Shown here one piece after another: positions 15,757-25,300 of a stretch of DNA of 26,032 nt. Position numbers and translations under genes: made by a program. Below the pieces are notes generated by a model, which saw only the letters and a list, made by a program, of their open reading frames with translations, did no database searches and was not told the origin of the DNA. The DNA is taken from positions 1 through 26,032 of the IMG/VR virus record IMGVR_UViG_2565956624_000001; one strand, 5' to 3'. This DNA is from a virus. Lineage: Duplodnaviria > Heunggongvirae > Uroviricota > Caudoviricetes. Within the stretch, counting starts at the first letter, position 1, and each line of letters opens with the position of its first letter.

Positions 15757-15798
15757 TTATACAAAATGGAGTCATTGAAGTAAAGCCATTTTGTATAA
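15757..15798. promoter_or_regulatory. 13-bp perfect inverted repeat in the divergent intergenic region between the lipoprotein operon and the tape measure gene
   Basis: TTATACAAAATGG (15757-15769), 16-nt spacer, CCATTTTGTATAA (15786-15798); overlaps an AT-rich -10-like TATAAAAT. Confidence 0.4.
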
Positions 15799-15837
15799 AA
15801 TAGATACACAGATCACATTTTTGCATGAGGTTAAATC

Positions 15838-18180
15838 ATGGCTACCAGTGTAGGTACAATTTATTACGAAGTTGATGCGAAAACTGGTCAACTTCTCGTT
15901 GCACAACGACAGGCAGACCAGGCCTTTGATCGTATAGAGCGCGGCGCAAAACAGGCTGACCGCCAGGTAAACACCCTGAAAACATCCATCAAGGCACTGA
16001 CCAGGGTTATCCATCTGCTAATTGCTGCGGAGGCTGTGCGCCAATTTATGGATATGGCGGAGCAAGCAAAAATGCTTCGCGTAAAAATCAAAATGCTTAC
16101 GGGCGATGCGGAGTCCGCCGGACGGGTTTTCGACGGCCTGAAAGCAATATCCAGGGAGACGGGGCAGAGCCTGAAAGATACTGGCGAATTATGGCAAGGC
16201 CTGGCTATCTCACTAAAAAACACCTCCGCTACGGAAGGGCAATTGCTTAACCTGGTTGGCACTATTCAGAAAATGGGTGCATTAGGCGGCGCGTCAGCGG
16301 AACAGATGTCTAACTCAATGCGTCAATTCCGTCAGTCTATCGACGGCGGTGTTCTTCGTGCCGAAGAATTTAACAGCCTGCTTGAAAATACGCCGACCAT
16401 CGTACAAACAATGGCCCGCCATATGGGATTATCAATGGGCCAGTTCCGCGCCGAAATGCTGGACGGCAAGATCACGGCTGAAAGGATGGTTAACGCAATA
16501 CAGGCGGCTACGCAGGAAACAAACGATAAGTTTGCTCAGTTGCCGCGCACATCCGGCATGGCTATCAATGAGCTTAAAGTAGAAATTATGGGCCTTGTTG
16601 AGCAGTTGGATGATCTTTTTGGCGTGTCAGATGGCGTTGTTTCAGCTATCGACTTGATCACGAAAGGCGTTAAAGGGCTTGGCGATGGCGCTAAATTCGC
16701 TAAAACCTGCTTCGACACACTCAAAACGGCTGGTAGCGAATTTATCGACATGTTTGATGATGTGGCTGTTAAGGCTGGAGAGGTGGCAGAGAAGATCATC
16801 GCAATGGTGACGCCAATCAAGGCGCTAATGGATGGCTATAAATGGATGAAGGAGGTAGTAGGAGAGCAAACCGACGAATATAACAGCAACTACGAGAAGA
16901 AATACGGGAAGACCGTTGGCAAGGTCATGCAACTACAGGATGATCTGACCGCAGCAATCCAGGCTACAGAAGAAGCAAGGAAAAATGAACAGAATGCTGC
17001 CAATGACGGAGCGATTACCGGATTCGACAAGCCAGTAGACAAGCCGAAAAAACAGAAAAAAGAGAAGAAATCGGAAGCTGATCGGCTTGGTGACAAAGGT
17101 ATAAGCGTTTCTGATCAGTACAACAAAGACGCCGCCGCCATGCGCAAAGCGTTGGAGAACGGCAAGGCCATTGATGCTGCATTTGCCCAGGGTAAAATCA
17201 CGCTCCTTGAGTACCGCGCCGCGCAAAAAGGGATCGGCAAGGAACTGAAAGAAGAATTAGCACAAATTCCGGTAGATGAATTGCGTGATAAATGGTCACA
17301 AATAGTAAGCCCGATGGATCAGCTAAAAGGCGAAGTTGACCCCATCCAGCAGGCGCAAAATGAATGGGCCATCCGTAAGCAAATGCTTATAGACCTGGGC
17401 GCTACTGAAGCGCAACAGAAACAGGAATTGTTAGCCTATGAGCAACAGATCCGCGATCTGAAATGGGAACAATGGCAGGCGCAAAGCGACACAAACGGCC
17501 TTATCGGTGATTGTGTTAATGGCCTTAAAGGCGGAATGAGTAATGCGCTTGTTGGCCTGTTAAACGGCACTCAATCATTGAGTGATGTTTTTGCTAACTT
17601 AGGAAGCAATATACTCGGCAATATCGGTAACAGACTCTCAGACATAGCTGCAAACTGGATAGCAGATCAGATCATGATGGAGACACAAAGCAAGGCCACG
17701 CAAACAAGTACAACAGCAAGCGCGGTAGCAGCTCAGGGAAGCATTGCTGCGGCGGCGGCCCCAGCAGCGGCGGCAACTGCGGCGTCAACTGGCGGTAGCT
17801 GGGCGGCGGCTGGTTCGGCGGCGCTCACTGCGATCATGTCGCTGGCTACGTCAATTTTCGGCGGCGGTCGCTTTAATGGTGGTAGCGTCATTGGTGGTAA
17901 TATGTACCGCGTAGGGGAACACAACAGGCCGGAGCTATTCCAGACATCTAACGGCAATCAATATATGATCCCTGGCGAGAACGGCAGAGTTATTCCGGGC
18001 CGTGATATTGGCGGCGGTGGCGGTATTAGTATGCCTGTCAGTATCAGCATTCAGACCACGAACGGATTCAGCGACGAAGACAGCCGCAGACTTGAATTAA
18101 CAATGGAACGTGTAGCCATGAAAATGATAACAAGGGAATCTCAAAGACCAGGCGGAATGTTGCAACCTCGCCGCAAATAA
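15838..18180 (+). CDS. tail tape measure protein
   Basis: 780 aa; largely helical/coiled-coil composition with a Gly/Ala-rich hydrophobic segment (AAAAPAAAATAASTGGSWAAAGSAALTAIMSLATSIFGGG); located just upstream of the gpM/L/K/I/J homologues. Confidence 0.85.
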   Translation: MATSVGTIYYEVDAKTGQLLVAQRQADQAFDRIERGAKQADRQVNTLKTSIKALTRVIHLLIAAEAVRQFMDMAEQAKMLRVKIKMLTGDAESAGRVFDGLKAISRETGQSLKDTGELWQGLAISLKNTSATEGQLLNLVGTIQKMGALGGASAEQMSNSMRQFRQSIDGGVLRAEEFNSLLENTPTIVQTMARHMGLSMGQFRAEMLDGKITAERMVNAIQAATQETNDKFAQLPRTSGMAINELKVEIMGLVEQLDDLFGVSDGVVSAIDLITKGVKGLGDGAKFAKTCFDTLKTAGSEFIDMFDDVAVKAGEVAEKIIAMVTPIKALMDGYKWMKEVVGEQTDEYNSNYEKKYGKTVGKVMQLQDDLTAAIQATEEARKNEQNAANDGAITGFDKPVDKPKKQKKEKKSEADRLGDKGISVSDQYNKDAAAMRKALENGKAIDAAFAQGKITLLEYRAAQKGIGKELKEELAQIPVDELRDKWSQIVSPMDQLKGEVDPIQQAQNEWAIRKQMLIDLGATEAQQKQELLAYEQQIRDLKWEQWQAQSDTNGLIGDCVNGLKGGMSNALVGLLNGTQSLSDVFANLGSNILGNIGNRLSDIAANWIADQIMMETQSKATQTSTTASAVAAQGSIAAAAAPAAAATAASTGGSWAAAGSAALTAIMSLATSIFGGGRFNGGSVIGGNMYRVGEHNRPELFQTSNGNQYMIPGENGRVIPGRDIGGGGGISMPVSISIQTTNGFSDEDSRRLELTMERVAMKMITRESQRPGGMLQPRRK

Positions 18181-18184
18181 ACTA

Positions 18185-18214
18185 AACCCCGGTGCAATGC
18201 CGGGGTTATTTTTC
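18185..18214. terminator. intrinsic terminator after the tape measure gene, possibly bidirectional
   Basis: AACCCCGG-TGCAATG-CCGGGGTT hairpin followed by ATTTTTC; the reverse strand is also U-rich after the stem. Confidence 0.6.
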
Positions 18215-18266
18215 GTATTTATAAACGACCATTCCGCGCGATATATCCCCTTTCGAATATCTCGAC

Positions 18267-18521
18267 TCACTTATGAGTGCCTTTCACGCCACATAACTTG
18301 TTATAGGCATGGTGCTCAACAATTAACCAAACCTTCAAATCTTCGCTAAACAGCCTCCAATCAAGATTGATATCCATTTTGTATCCGTAACCGTCGCGTA
18401 ACTTTTTGGGGTAAACTTCTTTTCTCAGAAAGGCTTTAAGTAATTCCTTACCTTTCTTGATGATCCGATCCTGTGCGTTTTTCTGTGCTTTCAGATTTCT
18501 GTCAATCGCTACCAGTTTCAT
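18267..18521 (-). CDS. small basic protein, unknown function (moron)
   Basis: Track ORF, 84 aa, lysine-rich; GGGGTGAG upstream; C-terminus ...WLIVEHHAYNKLCGVKGTHK. A RelE/YafQ-type toxin was considered but is not supported. Confidence 0.45.
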   Translation of the reverse strand: MKLVAIDRNLKAQKNAQDRIIKKGKELLKAFLRKEVYPKKLRDGYGYKMDINLDWRLFSEDLKVWLIVEHHAYNKLCGVKGTHK

Positions 18522-18538
18522 AACTCACCCCATCATCC

Positions 18539-18694
18539 TTAGTTAAGTGCCTTCAGGAAGAAGTCCCGGTATTCATCTTCTTTCGCATTCATCATGAATT
18601 GACCGTATTTGAATGCGTCGTCGAAACCCTTAACGATTGCTATTTCCACTTGTTCGAATGCGTTATTTAGCATTACTACTACATAGCGTTTCAT
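18539..18694 (-). CDS. small protein (51 aa), upstream partner of the 84-aa ORF
   Basis: Hand-translated: MKRYVVVMLNNAFEQVEIAIVKGFDDAFKYGQFMMNAKEDEYRDFFLKALN; GGAGG 8 nt upstream of the ATG; stop lies 17 nt before the next start. Confidence 0.35.
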   Translation of the reverse strand: MKRYVVVMLNNAFEQVEIAIVKGFDDAFKYGQFMMNAKEDEYRDFFLKALN

Positions 18695-18782
18695 TTTGGG
18701 CCTCCTTCGTTGGTACTACTTTCTTCTTGCTTTCTATATACATCTTGTTGCGTGCTATGTGAAGCCATTTTGTAAACTAGCT

Positions 18783-18800
18783 ATAATCATTGTGACAATG
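18783..18800 (+). promoter_or_regulatory. consensus -10 hexamer TATAAT followed by CATTGT-G-ACAATG palindrome
   Basis: TATAAT at 18783-18788 (no good -35 found); 6-bp inverted repeat around a central G at 18788-18800. Confidence 0.3.
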
Positions 18801-18804
18801 ATCT

Positions 18805-18829
18805 TATTTTTCGCGTAGAAGCGCGTAAA
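18805..18829 (+). promoter_or_regulatory. conserved motif copy 2: TATTTTT-CGCGTA-GAAG-CGCGTA-AA, upstream of the gpM-like gene
   Basis: Second copy of the same motif, 35 nt upstream of ATG 18864. Confidence 0.4.
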
Positions 18830-18863
18830 GATATATACAAAATGTAACTTGTGGGGGGGTTTT

Positions 18864-19217
18864 ATGCCGGAAGTGTTCAGATGGACGCCGCAAAGAAGCT
18901 ACAGCGTGACCAGGAAGCCAGACGTATCTGTTGTTAAGCTGGGCGATGGTTATGAGCAAAGACAGGTAAAAGGTATCAATCCATTGCTTGATAGCTACAC
19001 CCTGGTGTTTAAAGGCAGTAGCGCCGGATGTGGTGATGGTGGAAACGTAGCAATCCAGGCGGAAGCATTCTTGAGGGCGCGCGGCGCGGTCGAGGCTTTT
19101 TACTGGTCGCCGTCAATGGATAACGTGCAAAGGCTTTTTGTCTGTCGGCAATGGAGCATGACTAAAGACGGGCCTTTGTACACGCTAAACGCAACGTTTG
19201 AGCAAGTTGTTGGCTAA
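18864..19217 (+). CDS. minor tail protein, lambda gpM-like
   Basis: ATG with GGGGGGGT upstream; 117 aa; ends ...TFEQVVG, matching the lambda gpM C-terminus (EFEQVVN) from memory; synteny with the L, K, I, J homologues. Confidence 0.75.
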   Translation: MPEVFRWTPQRSYSVTRKPDVSVVKLGDGYEQRQVKGINPLLDSYTLVFKGSSAGCGDGGNVAIQAEAFLRARGAVEAFYWSPSMDNVQRLFVCRQWSMTKDGPLYTLNATFEQVVG

Positions 19218-19228
19218 TGGGGGTTGTT

Positions 19229-19414
19229 ATGTACGGGACTTGTGTAGTTGACAAAACTTACGCTTTTACATTGTTTGACGACTATGAGATCAACGACCTT
19301 ACTGTAAAAGCTGACAACGGCGATATATGGTATCTTCACGACGTTGGTGATGGGTACGTTGGGTGTAGATCCCGGGAAGGGAAGGAGGTTTTATTTTTGG
19401 TTGATGGCGTATAA
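19229..19414 (+). CDS. hypothetical small protein
   Basis: Track ORF 19217-19414; ATG 19229 with GGGGG upstream; followed by a terminator. Confidence 0.35.
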   Translation: MYGTCVVDKTYAFTLFDDYEINDLTVKADNGDIWYLHDVGDGYVGCRSREGKEVLFLVDGV

Positions 19415-19420
19415 ACACGA

Positions 19421-19448
19421 CCCCGCGCGAAGCGGGGTTATTTTTATT
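19421..19448. terminator. intrinsic terminator separating plus-strand tail genes from the minus-strand cassette
   Basis: CCCCGC-GCGAA-GCGGGG hairpin followed by TTATTTTTATT. Confidence 0.6.
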
Positions 19449-19570
19449 CTATTTCCATTAATGCTATATTTTCTGCTATCGTTTTCCAGTCCAGATCTAC
19501 AGCATGAACGCCAAATACTATCAACCACATTATTATTAGCGCCAAAACTTCTATTTTTATAATCAGTCAC

Positions 19571-19819
19571 CTATAAGTTATCACGCAGATAATTAACGCC
19601 CTTATCAGTGACGAATGAATGGTTAACCTGGTTTTCATCCGTCATGATGATGAATAACTTTTCATGTAGGTATTTCGCTTTCGGGTACAGCGTTAAACAG
19701 ACCTGGTACAGTATCCCGCGCTCAATCAGCAAATCAATAAATTCGTGTTCATGATAACCGATGAGGCGGGCGGCCTGTTTCAACGTGTACACATAATCAC
19801 CGTGATTGCGCCGCCCCAT
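19571..19819 (-). CDS. hypothetical protein, gene C of minus-strand cassette (possible helix-turn-helix)
   Basis: 82 aa; AAGGCGG upstream; segment YTLKQAARLIGYHEHEFIDLLIERGIL looks HTH-like (weak). Confidence 0.45.
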   Translation of the reverse strand: MGRRNHGDYVYTLKQAARLIGYHEHEFIDLLIERGILYQVCLTLYPKAKYLHEKLFIIMTDENQVNHSFVTDKGVNYLRDNL

Positions 19820-19828
19820 GTTGCCGCC

Positions 19829-20176
19829 TTATTTATCGAATGCTGAAAGGTTATCGATACAGAAATCTTTCGCCGCTTTTTCGTATTCGCGTTTTGCTTC
19901 TGGATCGTCAGCCGGGAAACCTTTTGCGTGTATTTCACCAGGGCAAGACTGGTCCATAGAATCTGCATAATAAGCAGTGAAGCTACCATTAATATCTTTC
20001 GGGTTCATATCTTCCACCTCATCAACTATATGTACCGGATTAGCAGCATATTTCACTGGATGGCCTAAACTACATTCAAGAATCCTGCCTTCTTCCAGGG
20101 CTACTTCTTCGCTATCAAATAATCCGAAACACTCCTTGCTACCACTTAACCACACATCAAGACTGTATTTTTTCAT
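19829..20176 (-). CDS. hypothetical protein, gene B of minus-strand cassette
   Basis: Track ORF 19829-20278; internal ATG at 20176 (MKKYSLDVWLSG...) has GAGG upstream, giving 115 aa. Confidence 0.45.
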   Translation of the reverse strand: MKKYSLDVWLSGSKECFGLFDSEEVALEEGRILECSLGHPVKYAANPVHIVDEVEDMNPKDINGSFTAYYADSMDQSCPGEIHAKGFPADDPEAKREYEKAAKDFCIDNLSAFDK

Positions 20177-20345
20177 TTTTGTTAGCCTCATATTTGACAG
20201 GTTCGATCTGGTATCCCAAAAGGCGGTCATCCTCAGCAAGTAAAAGCGCGTCAACCAATGCTTCACCCTCGTCGTCATACAGGGCGATAACCTTTTCCCT
20301 ACCGTCTGTCATGAATACCGTCAACTTCCATAGCTTTTCAGTCAT
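20157..20345 (-). CDS. hypothetical small acidic protein, gene A of minus-strand cassette
   Basis: Track ORF 20157-20465; ATG at 20345 has GGAGG 8 nt upstream (MTEKLWKLTVFMTDGREK..., 62 aa); overlaps the gene B start by 20 nt. Confidence 0.4.
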   Translation of the reverse strand: MTEKLWKLTVFMTDGREKVIALYDDEGEALVDALLLAEDDRLLGYQIEPVKYEANKNEKIQS

Positions 20346-20474
20346 AACGCACCTCCGCGCCATTTTGTTAACTATGCTTCCGTTTGAGTAAAATATACAT
20401 ATTGTAAAAACCGCGATCAATCCATTTTGGTATGATTTAGCGTGACGCAGATCACAGAATGACAAGGTGAGAAA

Positions 20475-21179
20475 ATGCGCAATATTCCGAGAGAAATGAT
20501 TATTGATTCCGTCGATGCCGGAGTCGGCGCGGTAATTGACTTGTTTGAATTAGACCTCACGCCCCTGGGTGGCGAGGTTATCCGCTTCCATTCCGGCGTG
20601 AATGGCTATTACGGCCCGGTTATCTGGAAGGGGGTGGCTTACAACAGCTACCCTATCGATGCCACTGGCTTCGAAATGAAAAACGAGGGTGTCTATTCAC
20701 GCCCGCAAATGGTTGTAGCCAACATTGGCGGCCTAATCACCGGGATGAATAACGATTTCAACGACCTGCGAGGAATGAAAGTTACACGCCGCCAGGTGGA
20801 AGTAAAATACCTGGACGCCATCAACTTCCCCAACGGCAACCCGGATGCAGATCCGTCTATCGAGGCGGTGTCTTTTTACGTCGTTGAGGCGATGAGCGAA
20901 GAAACAGCCGACCAGGTGCAATATGAGCTGTCAACGCCAATTGATGCTGACAAGGCGGTTATCCCAGGGCGCACAATCCTTGCTGACGTTTGCCAATGGC
21001 AATATCGCGGCGACGGTTGCGGATACAGTGGCGGCCCTGTAGCTACTGATAAAGACGAATCGACCAGCGATCCAAAGCTGGATAAATGCAGCCACCGCCT
21101 GAGCGGTTGCCGTTTACGTTTCCCGCGCCCGAATCCGTTACCAATTTCATGTTTCCCAGGATCGAGCAAGGTGGGTTGA
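20475..21179 (+). CDS. minor tail protein, lambda gpL-like
   Basis: Strong resemblance to remembered lambda gpL, including IDLTPLGGE, FPGR..LA..C.W.YRGD.CGYSG and the C-terminal Cys cluster (CSHRLSGC). Confidence 0.85.
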   Translation: MRNIPREMIIDSVDAGVGAVIDLFELDLTPLGGEVIRFHSGVNGYYGPVIWKGVAYNSYPIDATGFEMKNEGVYSRPQMVVANIGGLITGMNNDFNDLRGMKVTRRQVEVKYLDAINFPNGNPDADPSIEAVSFYVVEAMSEETADQVQYELSTPIDADKAVIPGRTILADVCQWQYRGDGCGYSGGPVATDKDESTSDPKLDKCSHRLSGCRLRFPRPNPLPISCFPGSSKVG

Positions 21180-21181
21180 TT

Positions 21182-21913
21182 ATGGCACTTGAAGATAAAA
21201 TGATTCGCTATGCAGCAGCCCACCCGCGCGAGGAAGTGTGCGGGCTGGTGATAGATAACGATTATTTTTACCCGTGCGCTAACGTGTCTGAAACGCCGCA
21301 CAACAGCTTTAAAATCTCGCCTGACGATTATATCAAAGCTGACGAATTGGGCGTTATAACAGCCGTTTTCCACTCTCACGTTGAAGATATTCCGGTATTG
21401 TCGGCACGGGATCGACAACAGCAGGTTATTTCCGGCCTGCCGTGGTTTTTATGTTCCGGTGGCATGGTGAGGAAATTCCGCCCGGTGGCGCACCTGTTAG
21501 GCCGTAAATTTGAACACGGGAAAACAGATTGCTACTCGCTTTTTCGTGACGCCTATCACCTTTGCGGCGTGGATCTGCCTGACTTTGAACGCCACGATGG
21601 GTGGTGGCTGCGTGGGGAAAACCTGTACATAAAAAACCTGCCATTGAACGGGTTTTTCATGGTTGATGCGCAAAGCATTCAGCCTGGTGACGTGATTATT
21701 CGCCAGCCGTTCAAGGGTGCTGACCCATGTCACGCGATGATTTACCTGGGCGATAACACTGTTTTGCATCATGACAATGCCGGACTGCTAAGCCGCCGCG
21801 AGCAAATGCGGCCCGCGTATGTTCGACAAACGCATTCAATATGGAGATCTGACAAATGCTCAAATTTAGATTTACGGGCAATCTTCGAAGATATTACGGC
21901 AAAGTGTGTTTAA
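21182..21913 (+). CDS. tail tip protein, lambda gpK-like (JAMM/MPN plus NlpC/P60 motifs)
   Basis: Resembles remembered lambda gpK: EEVCGLV, FHSHVEDIPVLSARD (H-S-H..S..D JAMM-type), TDCYSLFRDAYH (Cys/His peptidase-type). Confidence 0.85.
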   Translation: MALEDKMIRYAAAHPREEVCGLVIDNDYFYPCANVSETPHNSFKISPDDYIKADELGVITAVFHSHVEDIPVLSARDRQQQVISGLPWFLCSGGMVRKFRPVAHLLGRKFEHGKTDCYSLFRDAYHLCGVDLPDFERHDGWWLRGENLYIKNLPLNGFFMVDAQSIQPGDVIIRQPFKGADPCHAMIYLGDNTVLHHDNAGLLSRREQMRPAYVRQTHSIWRSDKCSNLDLRAIFEDITAKCV

Positions 21914-22386
21914 ACGTTGATACGCCAGCACAAGGACTTAGCCTATTGACCGCGCAGAATCAGGAGTTCAAGAAGGCTTTTTTAAATACACCTTTGCGGT
22001 TACGGATTGCCGGGAAAGATTATAACGAAAAGACGGCCCCGGCAGCGGTTAATAGTAAATACCCTGACGGAACTACCGTCATTATTGCGCCAGTAGTTGA
22101 AGGCGGTATTGCTGGGATTGGTGTTGTAGGCTGGATCCTGATTGGTGTTTCGGTGGTTAGCGTTGCGTTCTCAATCTTTATGTCCCGCAACATGAAGATA
22201 AAAACATCGGCAGAAAGCGCACAAGATAACACCATAACGAACAACACCTACACCAGCATTGAAAACAAGGTGGGCCAGGGTAGACCAGTGCCAATACTAT
22301 TAGGTGAAATGAAAATAGGTTCAAACGTCGGATCGTTAGGCATAGACACAAGCAACAATAGAGACGCCTTAGACGTTGTAAGTTAA
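21856..22386 (+). CDS. tail assembly protein, lambda gpI-like
   Basis: N-terminus aligns with remembered lambda gpI (FRFTGNLRRYYGKVCLNV vs ICLYGDLQRFGRRIDLRV); Gly-rich hydrophobic middle; conserved LLGEMKIGSNV-type C-terminal block; overlaps the gpK 3' end as in lambda. Confidence 0.8.
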   Translation: MLKFRFTGNLRRYYGKVCLNVDTPAQGLSLLTAQNQEFKKAFLNTPLRLRIAGKDYNEKTAPAAVNSKYPDGTTVIIAPVVEGGIAGIGVVGWILIGVSVVSVAFSIFMSRNMKIKTSAESAQDNTITNNTYTSIENKVGQGRPVPILLGEMKIGSNVGSLGIDTSNNRDALDVVS

Positions 22387-22399
22387 CAGGAGAAAAACC

Positions 22400-25300
22400 A
22401 TGAGTAGCGGCGGCGGCAAAGCCAAAACACCAACATTATTGAACGATAACCTGTATCACAAACAGTTTTATCGTGTTTTAGATATTCTCAGCGAAGGGCC
22501 GATATACGGTCCGGTAAACCAGAAAGCGCCATTGAATGACGTGATGCTTAATGACACTCCTGTTACTGACGCAAACGGGAATACATCAATTCCGGGGATT
22601 AGTATAGCCTGGCGCAACGGCACGGCTGACCAATCGCCGATTAATGGTTTTAACGCCATTGAGTCAACCGTTATTGTCAACGCAAAGGTAACTCACGACA
22701 CACCAATAATCAGGACTGTTTCAGATCCAAACGTTACCCGCGTCAGGTTGAATCTTGGTGTTGATGCTCTCGTTCAGTCAGATGAAAAGGGCAATCAATA
22801 TAATACATCCGTCATGTTGATGGTTGATGTTAAACCGTCATCATCTTCTACGTGGTCGCTGATTAAAGACATACACATTGGCCCTGGTAAACAAAGCGGT
22901 GAATACCTGGAAGCTCACATCATTAAAGCGCCGGATGAAAAACCGTTTGATATTCGCGTTCGTCGCATAACACCAGACAGCAACGGCGATCTATTGCGGA
23001 ATGATACGCGGTGGAGTAGTTACAGCGAAATAATAGATGATAATCTGTCTTATCCTCATACCGCTGTAGCTGGCGCCGTAATTGACCATGATCAGTATAC
23101 TGATACGCCTACCCGCACCTATCACCTTCGCGGCCTGATTGTTGATGTGCCTGACAACTACAACCCTGAAACGCGCACATATTCAGGTTTATGGCTTGGT
23201 GGATTTAAAAAGGCGTATACCAATAACCCTGCATGGCTTTTCCGGTATCTGGTTAAAAACGAGCGCTTTGGACTTGCTCGACATGCTGGTTACATTGATG
23301 TTGATGATGGCGCTTTGTACGTGCTTTCTCAATACTGCGATCAGTTGGTTGATGATGGCTATGGTGGCCTTGAACCTCGCATGACGCTTAACGCTTACAT
23401 TACGGAGCAAATGAGCGCCCGCGACCTACTGGATAACATCGCAGGTATGTTCCGTGGTATCGCGTTATGGGACGGACAACGTCTTACCGTGATGATTGAT
23501 GCGCCACAAGATCCAATCGCCACCATCACAAATGCAAACGTCGTTGATGGCGCGTTTACTCGTTCAAGTATCGCACGCGCAGAATGCTACAACGCCGTGA
23601 TCGTATCCTGGACTGACCCTGAAAACGGCTGGGAGCAATCAAAAGAATATGTCGCAGATGATAAACTAATCGCCCGTGATGGTTATAACGAAACCACGTT
23701 GGAGGCGTTCGGTTGCACTTCACGCGGGCAAGCGCACCGCGCTGGTAAATGGCTGATCGAAACAGCGAAACGCGAGCCGTCAAAATTCACATTTAAAATG
23801 GCCCGTGACGCCATTCACTTTACGCCGGGGGATATAATCGAGATCCTCGATAATAATCGCGCAGGCGCTCGTTTAGGCGGTCGCATCGTGGCGAACAATG
23901 GCAGAGCGATCACGGTCGACAAGGTTGATTCTGAATATATCGCGGCTGGCGACACCATCAGCTTACTTGATAGCGATGGTAAATTTAAAAAACACCAGAT
24001 CATCGGAGTTAACGGGAACATTATCACCCTTGCAGCCGCCCCGGCGTGGATTCGTAACGGCACTGTTTTTGCTGTATCAACCAACGCAGCAAAACCCGTT
24101 TTATGTCGAATCACCAGTGTAGCAGAAACAGAAAATAACAGCGTATACACCATCGAGGCCGCACAGCATGATCCACATAAGCAGGCCGTAGTCGATAATG
24201 GCGCAATCTTCGAGATCAATAACGACACGCTTAATCACTTCCGCGTGCCGAACATTGAAAATCTGAAGGTGTTAAACGTTGGATCTGAAACGGTTCAATG
24301 TCGCGCAACATGGGAAACACAGACGACAACGCGTCGCCTGACCTTTGAGATTCGCGTGTATAACGCCGAAGGCGCTGTAGTTAAAAGCTACGAAACCACG
24401 AATTACAGTTATGATTTTTATGGCATTGATGCTGGCAACTACTCATTAGGCATTCGTGGCAGAAATGACACGGGCATGAAGGGTGCGGAAAGCATTGTCG
24501 ATCTGGTTATTGGCGCACCAGCGGCCCCAGTTGGCGTTAATTGGGTTCCCGGTGTATTCCAGGCTACAGTTTACCCGATCAGCAGAACAACGCTCACCAC
24601 TGATACCAGTTACGAGTTTTATTACTCAGGTGAAACGCAGATCACTGATCCGGCATCAATAACCACTAAAGCACAATATACCGGGCGTGGTCATCAGTGG
24701 ACGTTTGGCGGCATGAATACAGGTCACACATATTACGTTTATGTGCGCGCGCGTAACGCTTTTGGTGTGTCTGACTTTGTGGAAGCGTCAGGTAAGCCAA
24801 CAGAAAACTTTGATGAAATTACCGATTACGTCACCAAAGACGTAATGAATTCCAAACAATTTAAAGAAATGGTTGGTGACATTAAAGATCTAGGCGACCG
24901 CACTGATCTTATCGAAAGCGCTACGAATGACCTTAAAACTGCTACTGACAACCTCAAAGCTGCAACTGATAATCTGACCAACATAACTGACGATTTAAGG
25001 ACTGAAACTGACAACCTAACCATAGAAACAGGATCAATAAAAGCTGATACTGATACGCTCAAAAAAGAAACGGAAGATCTTTATAAAAAAGTTAAGGAAA
25101 ACGCCGATGATATTGGACAGCATGAGTCGAGAATCGACTCGCTGGAGGTGTCTAGCGAAAAAGTTGGCAGCGAACTGGCGCAAGCAAAAGCAAGTCTGCA
25201 AAACGCCTCACTTGCTCTTATTAATAACTCGCTTGCACAGACTAACACTCGCGTAACTCTTACCGCTCAGTACAAGAAAGGCAGGACAGAGACGAAAGCG

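Noticed and set aside
15888-16262. 124-aa minus-strand ORF and other antisense or out-of-frame ORFs inside the tape measure gene (16349-16582, 16536-16820, 16890-17226, 17733-17957)
   Set aside because: All lie within the long tape measure frame; compositionally biased and without plausible translation signals.
18267-18521. Assignment of the 84-aa basic protein as a RelE/YafQ-family toxin
   Set aside because: The only support is a short C-terminal GTH-containing stretch and overall size and charge. That is not enough without a profile search, so it is kept as a hypothesis in the findings and not as an annotation.
19344-19562. 72-aa plus-strand ORF
   Set aside because: Overlaps the 19229-19414 ORF and runs through the terminator hairpin and an AT-rich spacer; no RBS; likely spurious.
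20733-21772. Several minus-strand ORFs (20733-20921, 20876-21418, 21426-21644, 21497-21772)
   Set aside because: Antisense to the well-supported gpL-like and gpK-like genes.
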